Under the pieces are notes generated by a model, which saw only the letters and a list, made by a program, of their open reading frames with translations, did no database searches and had not been told where the DNA came from. A program made the translations under genes and the position numbers. A stretch of 64,000 bases of DNA from Zancudomyces culisetae HAW-14-8 (taxonomy: Eukaryota > Fungi > Kickxellomycota): assembly GCA_052426225.1 (NCBI GenBank), contig JBNJNM010000021.1, positions 1,054,001 through 1,118,000 on the forward strand, in the 5' to 3' direction. Within the stretch, counting starts at the first letter, position 1, and each line of letters begins with the position of its first letter. This document shows positions 54,501 to 64,000 of the stretch, one piece after another.

Positions 54501-54833
54501 ATTCAGGAAATAAACAAAGTAGCGTACAGACTCGAGCTTCCTGACACAATGAAAATTCATAACGTATTTCATGTATCACTACTAGAACCCTATCATGAAC
54601 CAGTAATCAAAGGGCAGGCAAGAAAACCACAAGAGCCTATATCCATAGATGGTGAAGAAGAATGGGAAGTAGAAAAAATCTTAAAAGTCAAGAAAGTCAG
54701 AAATAAGGAATACTACCTTATCAAATGGAAGAATTTTACAGAAATTGAAAACACTTGGGAACCAGAAGAAAATTTAACAAACTGCCAAGAAGAACTTATT
54801 AAATTCAAGAATTCACTAATTACCAAATCATAG
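51475..54833 (+). CDS. pol: Element F Pol (PR-RT-RH-IN-chromodomain) with one 1-nt frameshift near 53350
   Basis: LVDTGAS, YLDD, ESDASD, integrase, chromodomain WEVEKIL..YLIKWKNF..TWEP; ORFs 51700-53400 and 53343-54833. Confidence 0.88.
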
Positions 54834-57800
54834 TACGATCTCCGAGACCTCAATCATAAGAAGGAGGGTGATGTTAGGAATTGTTTTAAAATAAATTAAA
54901 TAAATTCATGTTTATTATAATTCTCCATGACCAAATCAAGTAGGTTACAAAATGAAATTGTAACCATATACAAATTACTATATTGTAACTAAGTACAAAT
55001 TAAATAAATGTAACTAAGTACAAATTATTAAATTAATCTAACCAAGTCAAGCAAAAATGAATTTCGCGATGAAATTTGATATAAAAATATTCACAGACCA
55101 TTTTAGGAAATAAGAAACCTAGAAAGAATTCCGAAACTAATAATTCAAAGAATCGACAGAATAACATGAATGACGCAATCATTGACACACTAAACTCACG
55201 GTAGTTAATCACATCAGTTACTCATAAGTTTAATAGTCAAATTTATAGTTTGATAGCAACTTTACTTAAGAAAATTTTATATGGAAAAATCTCTGGAGTA
55301 AAAGTATAAAAACCCTTTCGAAATCCATCGAAAGAGAACTTCAGAGAAAAATATCTTATTCACTATTGAATACCATATTTTTCTAAATAATTAATAGTAA
55401 TAAATAATTTAATCTTAAAATATTCAAGTCTTAACAGGCAGTAGTCGATACGGGTGCTGCTTGTTCGGTGGCTACGCCCAGAATGATTGAAAATTGGGGT
55501 CTGGAAGTAGACGAGGAACATGACCAAGTGATAATCACCGCAGATGGAATGAAACATAATTCTTTAGGAACAGTTAAAGATGTACCTTTAAGGATTGGTA
55601 ACTGCAAGTTTGCCGCAAATCTGACAATAATGCAGAGGAAGGATAATAGCTTGATATTAGGCATGGACTGGCTAATGAGCCATCATGCACAATTGAACAT
55701 ACGGGATTCGGAGCTTAGGCTACCCTTAGAGAGAATAGTAATTATTGTACCCTTACACATGCAAGAAGTATCAGAGTACGAGGACTGTGATCATAGTGAA
55801 CTGTTTCTAATGATAAAAGAAAACATGCAAGTTGAAGATGAGTTGAGGTATAATGACTCTAGAATTGATGAATTGAAGTCAAATTATGAAGACATATTTG
55901 CAGACGACATTGAAGATTTGACTCAGACGGAACAAACTGAACATAGAATAGTGCTCAAGGACAAAACGCCAGTTAAATTGAAGCCTTATAGAATACCTCA
56001 CCACTTGTACGCTAAAGTCAGAGATGAACTACAAGTTATGGAACAGAAAGGCATAATATCCAAGTGCATTTCAGAATGGTGTTCCCCTGTGGTCACCGTT
56101 TGGAAGAAAAATGGTAAGCTACGGATTTGCACAGATTATAGGAGACTAAATTTGCAGACCAAGAAGGACACGTATCCACTGCCTACAATAGAAGATATTT
56201 TTATGGCAGTGGCAGGATCAAAAGTTTACTCTTCTCTTGATGCGCTTAGCGGATTTTGGCAAATCCGCATGGCCAAAGAGGATAGAGAAAAAACTGCTTT
56301 TTCGATTCCCGGTACAGGAAGTTTTTGTTATAACGTGATGCCGTTTGGGCTGACAAATAGCCCAGCATCATTTCAAAGATTGATGGAGAGAGTGTTAGAA
56401 CCAGTACTTTGGAAAACCGCAATAGTCTTTGTGGACGATATAATAGTATACTCTCAAACTATGGACGAGCACTTGAAACATCTAGGAGAGGTTTTTAACT
56501 TGTTGAGAGTAGGAAAGGTTCAGCTACATGGAGAAAAGTGTTATTTAGAAATGAAACAGCTAGAATACCTAGGTCACGTCATAACTACCGAAGGTGTTAA
56601 AACAAGCACAAAAAAAGTTGAATCGATCCTAAAAGCAAGGACGCCTACTACAGTCAAGGAACTGCAGTCATTCTTGGGATTGATCGGATTTTATAGGAAA
56701 TATGTTGAACAGTTTGCAACAACTGTAGCCCCGCTATTAAAGCTATTAAAGAAAAACACAGAGTGGAAATGGGACCAGAACTGTGAGCAGGCAATAAAGG
56801 AGATAAAAACAAAAATGTCAACTGCGCCCACACTAGCACACCCCGATTGGAACCGCGAGTTCATTGTTACCACAGACGCTTCGGTGACTGGAATAGGTGG
56901 CATATTATCTCAGCGTTTTGAGGATTCAGAAAAACCTATATGTTTTATTAGCAGGATAACAAATAAACACGAACGAAATTATTCGATATCACACTTGGAA
57001 GGGCTTGCTGTGATATGGTCGATACAGAAGCTAAAATATTATCTTTGGGGCAAGCACTTTACAGTGCGTACAGATCACAAAGCACTCTTGCAGCTTTTTG
57101 ACTCTAAGGAAATTACAGGGAGAATAGCCAGATGGGCTATGATCCTTCGTAATTATCATTATACTATTGAACACTGTCCCGGAAAAAACAATCCGGCAGA
57201 TGCGTTGTCTCGTTTAAATCCAGAAAATGCAGAGAATTCAGAAGACTTAACTAGAGAATTGAATATTTATTTACTATCAAGTGCGGAATATAATTCTATT
57301 AAAACATATATTAACAATTATACTTTCCCAGAAAATAGTTCAGAAAGTGATAAAAAAAGAATACGAAATAAGTCAGCTAAGTATAAAATAAGGGATAATA
57401 AATTGGTAAGAATTATAAAAGGAAACATTAAGGAAGTGTTACACGAAGATACGATGCGCAACACAGTTGAACGAGTGCACAATGAAAATCATAATGGAAT
57501 TGTAAACACGTGGGAAAGAGTTAAGGAAGTATATACTGGGGAAGGACTATTCGACACGGTTAAAAGGGTAGTAGAACAATGTCATGAATGTCAATTATAT
57601 AAAGGAAGTAGAATCAAGAGAAATGTTTTGCACCCGATTTATTCATATAAACCGTTTAGTGTCTTCGGACTGGATGCAATAGGACCAATTAGTCCTATCT
57701 CAAAGTCTGGAAATAGGTTTATTTTAACCGGTATAGACTACCTAACAAAATGGCCTGTAGCACAAGCGGTCGAAAACATCAAGTCGGATACAATAGTTAA

Positions 57801-58920
57801 TTTTATAGTCACTAACATCGTACAAAATTTCGGCGTACCAGACCAAATCATTACAGATAGGGGTGCTGGTTTCGTAAGCGAATTCACCTCAAAAGTTTAT
57901 GAATTTTTACAAATTAAACACACACCAACTACATCCTACCGCCCACAAAGTAACGGGCAGGTAGAGCGACTCAACCAAACACTAAAAAACATTTTAGTAA
58001 AACAATGTCGTCGGCACAAAGATAATTGGGATAAGTTTATTTGGAAGACTCTACTAGCAATTAGGACTATGAGGAATCGAACTACAAAGCATAGTCCTGC
58101 AGAAATGCTATATGGAGTTAAACTATCAACTCCTGCAATATGGATTCCACCACCCGAGATTAGTGACATTGAATTGGCCATAACAGAGAGAATCGAAGCT
58201 ATAAAGACGGATATACCTGAACTGCGAAACGTGGGATTGTGTAATAGTAATGCAGAAAAAGAAAAAGAGAAAGTTAGGTACGACAAGGGAGTAAAAATTT
58301 CAGTGTTTAAGGAAGGTGACGTAGTCTTAAAACTAACTAAGCAACCCATGGCAAAGTTAGAGCAAACATGGGAGGGACCTTACAAGGTCGATAGAAGACT
58401 AAATAAGGGAGCTTACATAATCTCTGATAGTGAAGGAAATAGGGATTTAGCCAACGGTGACATGTTGAAACACTATCACCAAAGTCAATATATGCTACCA
58501 GAAGTAAGTACAACACTAAAGTCAAAATTACTTCGCTTTAGAGAAACAAGACCGGCAGGTCCAATCTGGGGCCGGGGTTCTGTCGTATGAGAATACGACG
58601 ATAGTTATTTTTAATTTAAATTATTGAGTTTTATTAATATTCGTATAGTTAGCTGAGATTGTACCTTTTTCCCCTTGTGGTTTTTGTCAATCAATATTTT
58701 TAGTCATTAAGTAGAATAACATTTAGTTTTATTATCGAAGATAATTCAGGGTATAGGAGAATGCCCTCAACAAAAATGAATAAAATAATCTTTTTAATCG
58801 CAAAAGATAATAATAAGTTATAATAGTATTAAACAAATAAGAAAATACACAAACCATACTTATAAAAAAGATAAATAATAAACAAATATTAGAGTTTTAT
58901 AGATTCTACAACACGACACA

Positions 58921-59003
58921 GGTTAGATGGCCGAGTTGGTCTAAGGCGCCGCGTTAAGGCCGCGGTCTCTCCGGAGGCGTGGGTTCGAATCCCACTCTAA
59001 TCA
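58921..59003 (+). tRNA. tRNA-Leu(AAG)
   Basis: Acceptor GGTTAGA/TCTAATC; anticodon arm CCGCG-TTAAGGC-CGCGG; long variable arm. Confidence 0.95.
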
Positions 59004-59005
59004 CC

Positions 59006-59078
59006 GGGGAACTAGCTCAAATGGTAGAGCGGGCGCTTCGCATGCGTCAGGTACCGGGATCAATGCCCGGGTTCTCCA
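59006..59078 (+). tRNA. tRNA-Ala(CGC)
   Basis: Acceptor GGGGAAC/GTTCTCC with G3:U70; anticodon loop TTCGCAT; T6 terminator at ~59084-59089. Confidence 0.95.
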
Positions 59079-59719
59079 TATACTTTTTTATCTGAATAAG
59101 ATTTAACCACTATTTATTATGTTTTCCTAATTACGTTTAATTACTAAATATTTAATATTTTAAGATATTTTTATAATATATATCATATATTTTATCAGTT
59201 TAGTGCTTGCAATGTTTGTTTGCACTGAGTATGTCTGTTATACTCAGACTCGTAATACTTTACTATTTAGTCTGCCGTATGAAGAATGTTATAAATACAT
59301 TTATTATTGATATAATAATAATATAACACAAAGTAAACTATATTATAAAGGTGTATTATCAATTATTTAGTATTATAAAAGTATAGTAAAGTAAATTTTA
59401 GTTTGAATAATATAGAAGTGTTTATTTTTTGTTGTCCACTTCGCATATATTGACTGATCGTTTAGATATTCAACATTAATATTATAAATATTTAGATATT
59501 AAATAATTTCAATTAATTGGTAGATATATTATGCTAAAGTATCACTATTGATTCGCTTACAAAAAGTATATAGCCGTTATACTAAAATATATAGCTTGCA
59601 AGATTAGTTGTTAACTATAGATCAGTCATGGCAATTAAAGCATGCAAAATTATGTAGAGTTAAATCTATTAATAGATATTTAAATAAAAAATTATTATAA
59701 GATTCTATATTGCAAAATA

Positions 59720-59791
59720 GGGCTTGACCGGGGATTGAACCCGGGGCCTCTCGCACCCAAAGCGAGAATCATACCACTAGACCATCAAGCC
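59720..59791 (-). tRNA. tRNA-Pro(TGG)
   Basis: Acceptor GGCTTGA/TCAAGCC; anticodon arm CTCGC-TTTGGGT-GCGAG. Confidence 0.95.
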
Positions 59792-59799
59792 GTGTGTTT

Positions 59800-62700
59800 T
59801 GTCGTATAATAAAGAAATTTTATTTATACCTAATGTAAAAACAATATAATTTGTAACTCTAAGTAAGTATTATCCTTGATAACTAATACCACTTAAAGAT
59901 TAACTTGTACTGATATATTGAGTGATTAGAATCTAATATTTATTAATGTGAACCAAAAAATCTGATAGATAAAACTCTCACAAAAACTCTACCAAACCTT
60001 AAATAAAAACTAATTACGATTAAAGGGATTCAATTTTCATTGTTTTTCCTTTACGTAATTTTAGCCAATAAAACCTATCTAAAATAACTTTATAAAATTG
60101 AACTAAAAAATATACTAAAATAAACAAAACTAAACTAAAACATAGTACTATTGTACTATACGACAGCACTCCCCCTTTAGGCGATAATGCCCTCATTATT
60201 TTGAGCCTGTTTAAAGGTAAGTAACTTAGGTCGAAGTCGATTTGAAATTTCGGGAATCATAAATTTAGATTCATGGTACTTCTTTAGCAAGTCTCCGTTG
60301 ACTAAATCTCTATTTCCGAACTGATCTGAGATTAAGTAAGCCCCCTTAGTAAACCTTTTCATAACTGTATATGGGCCTTCCCATAAACTTTCAAGCTTTC
60401 CTCTTTCATACTCTACTAACTTTAACACTTTTTCTCCAACTTGAAATTTTGTAAATTTAACGGTTTTATTATATCTTACTTTTTCAGATTCTTTTGCTGC
60501 TACAGCTTTGCGAACCCCGATTTTTCTTATTTGCGGTAAGTTACTCTTCATTAGCTCCAATCTACTTTTAACTTGTTCAACTTCATCTTCAATTACACCA
60601 TTAGATTTCCAAGTCGAGGGAATGCACATTTCGGTTCCGTACATCATCTCGGCGGGTGTATAACCAGTACTCTTGCTCTCCATAGTTCTCATGATGAGTA
60701 ACACCTTCCACAGGTAACGATCCCAATTATTTTTGTCTTTCCTACATATCTTCTGTAACAAATTTACTAACGTCTTGTTCAATCTTTCACACTGTCCGTT
60801 GCTCTGCGGACGGTATGAAGTGGTAGGACTGTGGTCCAGCTGTAACCAGTTGAATACCTCGGTAGTAACGTTGCTGACAAAGCTCGAACCCCTATCTGTT
60901 ATTATCTTCTGTGGTACACCGTAGTAAGTAACGATATTGTTTATTATAAAGTCTACTATAGTTTCACTTAACAAGTTGTCTACGGGAATGGCTATCGGCC
61001 ATTTCGTGCAATAATCTATAGCTGTTAGAATATAACGATTTCCTGACTCTGAAATAGGATTGATAGGACCGATAGCGTCCATACCGAATATTTCGAACGG
61101 CTTGACTGCATGCACTGGTACCAACGGGTGTTTACGACTTCTTCCATCCTTGAAAACTTGACAAACATGACACCGCTTAACATAGTCCACTACCTGCTTG
61201 TACAATCCTTTAGCATAATGATTTCTGCTTACTCTTACCCAAGTGTTTTCGATACCCTCGTGTGTATCGTCGTGAACCTTCTTGATCATATCTATACTCT
61301 CTTCAGCCGTCAAAACTTCTTTTAATTGTCCCTTAACCCACCTGTATATTTTGCCATCCACCTGCTTGTATGACTTAGATTTTTTCTTTATTTTTTCAGC
61401 TAACTCTTCTGAAACGTCTTGTGGCAGTGTTCCATCTAATAAAAATTGCCTAACTAAATTTTCTTCGTTTACCCAAATGTTGTAGACTTCAATTGATTCT
61501 TCCTCAGTTGTTTCTATCAGACTACTTCGAGATAAATGGTCAGCAGGATTGACCTTCCCTGGTATATGCTCTATATCGAATTCGTAACTTCTAAGAAACA
61601 TAGCCCATCTAGCTAGCCTTCCACTTAATTCTTCGCCGTTAAACATATTTAATAATGCTTTATGATCGGTTTTTATTACAAACTTCCTACCATATAAATA
61701 AAACTTAAACTTTTTAACGGCCCAGACAACCGCCAACCCCTCCAAGTGACTGATCGAATAATTTTTCTCTGCATTACTGGTTGTTCTACTTGCATACTCC
61801 ACTGGTCTTTCTTTTCCTTCAATAACTTGTGATAGTATTGCTCCAACTCCACTAACTGCAGCGTCCGTCGTAACCACAAAAGAATAATCCCAATTTGGGT
61901 GCGCAAGCACTGGGGCTTCCGTCATCGCTTTTTTCAACTCTAAAAATGCTTCTTCTTGAGATTTTCCCCAGTTCCACTTTATTCCTTTCTTTAATAACGC
62001 AGTTAGTGGGTTAGCTATTATAGCATATTTTTCAATAAACTTACGATAATAACCTGTCATCCCCAAAAATGACTGAACTTCTTTTATGCATGTCGGTGAC
62101 TTTAACTTTGAAATGGCTTCAATTTTTGTTGAACTAGTTGCAATACCTTCACCCGAAATAACATGACCCAAATAATCAATTTCTGTTAACCCTATATTGC
62201 ATTTATCTTTATGCAACTGTATCTGGCCTTGTTTCAATAATTCTAAAACTTCCTTAAGATCTTCTACATGACTGCTTGCACTTTTTGAAAAGACGATTAT
62301 GTCGTCAACAAAAACAACTGCCTTCTTCCATAGAACTTTTTTCAACACAGTTTCCATTGTTCTTTGGAAAGTGGAAGGGCTATTTGTCAAACCGAAAGGC
62401 ATGACGTTATAGTGGTAACTCCCCCCTCCCGGCAACGCGAATGACGTCTTTTCTCGGTCTTCTTCTGACATTTTTATTTGCCAAAAGCCGCTGAGTGCAT
62501 CTAAAGTAGTAAAGATGCACGCACCAGCCAAGGCCATAAACAAATCCTGAATAATCGGTAGTGGGTATGAATCTTTGACTGTAACTGCGTTTAACTTCCT
62601 ATAATCTGCGCAGATGCGCAGTTTACCGTTTTTCTTCTGGACAACCACCACCGGCGAGCACCACTCGGAGTTACTAGGTGCAATTACATTTTGCTCTAAC

Positions 62701-64000
62701 ATCCTATCTATTTCTTTTCCTACTTCTTCTTGTAGACGAAACGGTATCCTGTACGGTCTTTGCTTAATTGGCCTGTTATCCGTGAGTACTATCCTGTGCT
62801 CGGCTACATTTGTTTGCTTTAACTTGTCGATATCATCTACAAATAATTCGTTATAGTCCTGGATCAAGGCCTCTAAACCTGCTACACCATCACCTTGGAT
62901 TCCTGTTGGTGATTCCGTGAAAAAATATAAATCCCAGGTTTCCTCTACAGTATGTGCTTCTTTGGTAGTAACTAGTGGTGTTACCACTTCTGCTCTATCC
63001 ACAGGTAATCTTAGTTCTGGCACTGCTAGATTTAGACTGGCTTTATGTTTTAAAAGCCAATCCATACCTAATATTATTGTTGGTGACATATTTCCCAACA
63101 CCACCAATGATGCTACGAACTCAATTTTACTAATCATAATTGGTACACCTGACACCACACCTAGAGTTTCATGACGTTTCCCGTCCGCTGTTATAATAAC
63201 GTGCGAACTCTTCATGTTAGGCTCCAAACCAATCTTGTTCAAAGCACCTGTAGTAATCACAGAGCATGCCGCCCCTGTGTCTACCACCGCTTTCCACTGT
63301 AACTGGTAAATCTCAACCGTCATACTACAGTTTGTAGTAGCTTTTTCCTGGATTCTTATCTCGTTTAGGGCGGTCTGCGGTGAAACTTCAACTATGTTTT
63401 TCCAATCCTGTGCAATTTTTTCCGAATTTTGAAGTAATTGAATCATGCTAATTTTTGGATAGACTTTCTCCAACTCTTCCCTCAAATTGAACTTTTTCAC
63501 TCTATCAATCGTTCCTGACTCCGGTTGGGTGACTCTCTCCGCCCGAAGCTCCTGTGCGTCCATGTCTCCCGTATTTCTAATCTTAGCTGGTCTTCCAACT
63601 CGACCAGCCGCATCCGTTGCTTTTCTTTTTTCTACCATAAGTACTTCGTCTACTTCAGTAGGTTCAGTACCTATGGATAAAAAATTGACTTTCTTTTCCT
63701 CGTGCTCCTTTTGAAACCGTGGACATTCAAACTTCCGGTGACCTTTCTCATGACAATAATAACACTCCCATGTGCTTGCACGTTCCACCTTTGCTTGACT
63801 TCCCCACTTTTTAGTTGAAGCAACCGTTTGATCTAACTTTTCCAAGAGGCTGACACTAAGCTCTTGAAAGGTTTTGAGAAACTCTCCAAACTGCCCAGCT
63901 TCCGTAGTCAATTCTTTTACCGACTTGCCTGACCGGGTAGCAGCGTTCTTAGTAGTTGGCTTACTACTCTTAATTGCTGCCTGTATATCCCTCCTACAAT
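59800..64000 (-). mobile_element. Element G: Ty3/gypsy LTR retrotransposon (tRNA-adjacent clade); 5' part lies outside the window
   Basis: 3' LTR 59800-60165 (TGTCGTATA..TATACGACA); PPT AAAGGGGGAG (minus); ends 8 nt upstream of tRNA-Pro. Confidence 0.93.
60177..63911 (-). CDS. Element G gag(C-terminal)-pol polyprotein in a single frame
   Basis: CYYCHEKGHRKFEC, VDTGAACS, FVDD, TTDAA, integrase DDE, WEGPY, MIPEI tail. Confidence 0.9.
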   Translation of the reverse strand: MTTEAGQFGEFLKTFQELSVSLLEKLDQTVASTKKWGSQAKVERASTWECYYCHEKGHRKFECPRFQKEHEEKKVNFLSIGTEPTEVDEVLMVEKRKATDAAGRVGRPAKIRNTGDMDAQELRAERVTQPESGTIDRVKKFNLREELEKVYPKISMIQLLQNSEKIAQDWKNIVEVSPQTALNEIRIQEKATTNCSMTVEIYQLQWKAVVDTGAACSVITTGALNKIGLEPNMKSSHVIITADGKRHETLGVVSGVPIMISKIEFVASLVVLGNMSPTIILGMDWLLKHKASLNLAVPELRLPVDRAEVVTPLVTTKEAHTVEETWDLYFFTESPTGIQGDGVAGLEALIQDYNELFVDDIDKLKQTNVAEHRIVLTDNRPIKQRPYRIPFRLQEEVGKEIDRMLEQNVIAPSNSEWCSPVVVVQKKNGKLRICADYRKLNAVTVKDSYPLPIIQDLFMALAGACIFTTLDALSGFWQIKMSEEDREKTSFALPGGGSYHYNVMPFGLTNSPSTFQRTMETVLKKVLWKKAVVFVDDIIVFSKSASSHVEDLKEVLELLKQGQIQLHKDKCNIGLTEIDYLGHVISGEGIATSSTKIEAISKLKSPTCIKEVQSFLGMTGYYRKFIEKYAIIANPLTALLKKGIKWNWGKSQEEAFLELKKAMTEAPVLAHPNWDYSFVVTTDAAVSGVGAILSQVIEGKERPVEYASRTTSNAEKNYSISHLEGLAVVWAVKKFKFYLYGRKFVIKTDHKALLNMFNGEELSGRLARWAMFLRSYEFDIEHIPGKVNPADHLSRSSLIETTEEESIEVYNIWVNEENLVRQFLLDGTLPQDVSEELAEKIKKKSKSYKQVDGKIYRWVKGQLKEVLTAEESIDMIKKVHDDTHEGIENTWVRVSRNHYAKGLYKQVVDYVKRCHVCQVFKDGRSRKHPLVPVHAVKPFEIFGMDAIGPINPISESGNRYILTAIDYCTKWPIAIPVDNLLSETIVDFIINNIVTYYGVPQKIITDRGSSFVSNVTTEVFNWLQLDHSPTTSYRPQSNGQCERLNKTLVNLLQKICRKDKNNWDRYLWKVLLIMRTMESKSTGYTPAEMMYGTEMCIPSTWKSNGVIEDEVEQVKSRLELMKSNLPQIRKIGVRKAVAAKESEKVRYNKTVKFTKFQVGEKVLKLVEYERGKLESLWEGPYTVMKRFTKGAYLISDQFGNRDLVNGDLLKKYHESKFMIPEISNRLRPKLLTFKQAQNNEGIIA

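Larger units (their letters stand above)
49909..55436 (+). mobile_element. Element F: chromovirus nested in the protease of element E
   Basis: LTRs 49909-50499 (591 bp) and 54872-55436 (565 bp); 5-bp TSD GGCAG; PPT AAGAAGGAGGG; gag, pol and chromodomain. Confidence 0.96.
48570..58590 (+). pseudogene. Element E gag-pol, in two pieces (48570-49908 and 55442-58590)
   Basis: In-frame TAA at 48807-48809; CFHCRKEGHKRYEC; protease WA/VVDTGAACS split by F; RT FVDD; integrase. Confidence 0.9.
48147..58913 (+). mobile_element. Element E: Ty3/gypsy LTR retrotransposon (tRNA-adjacent clade) hosting nested element F
   Basis: Apparently identical 333-bp LTRs (48147-48479, 58581-58913); 4-bp TSD CGAC; tRNA-Asn PBS; PPT GGGGCCGGGG; ends 7 nt before tRNA-Leu. 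Confidence 0.96.

Noticed and set aside
1406-63714. Many short antisense or overlapping ORFs in the track
   Set aside because: Shadow frames of real genes and pol ORFs, or AT-rich noise with no recognisable motifs.

Overview
Eukaryotic, intron-rich, AT-rich DNA, most likely from an early-diverging fungus (taxonomy is inference). 1-21.3 kb is a gene block: cytosolic threonyl-tRNA synthetase, a Cys-rich/TM/SH3 membrane protein, RMD1, a CDC42SE/SPEC-like CRIB microprotein, SF3B5/YSF3 and ELP2. The CRIB and SF3B5 genes are micro-exon genes absent from the ORF track. From tRNA-Thr at 21.6 kb to the end is a retroelement island with five tRNA genes at four loci (Thr-CGT; Asn-GTT; a Leu-AAG/Ala-CGC pair 2 nt apart; Pro-TGG). 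Main result: all four tRNA loci carry Ty3/gypsy insertions (full elements, a TRIM, solo LTRs) whose 4-bp target-site duplications map to -4..-9 of the mature tRNA 5' end. The coding members lack a chromodomain and share a distinctive integrase C-terminal tail, indicating a multi-family Pol III-targeting clade. A second group, two chromoviruses with 5-bp TSDs and Tf1-type self-priming PBSs, inserts into other TEs; one has a slippery site plus pseudoknot, the other carries an antisense tRNA-derived Pol III cassette with UUCG hairpins in its 3' UTR. A decayed L1-clade LINE is also present. All alignments were done by eye.
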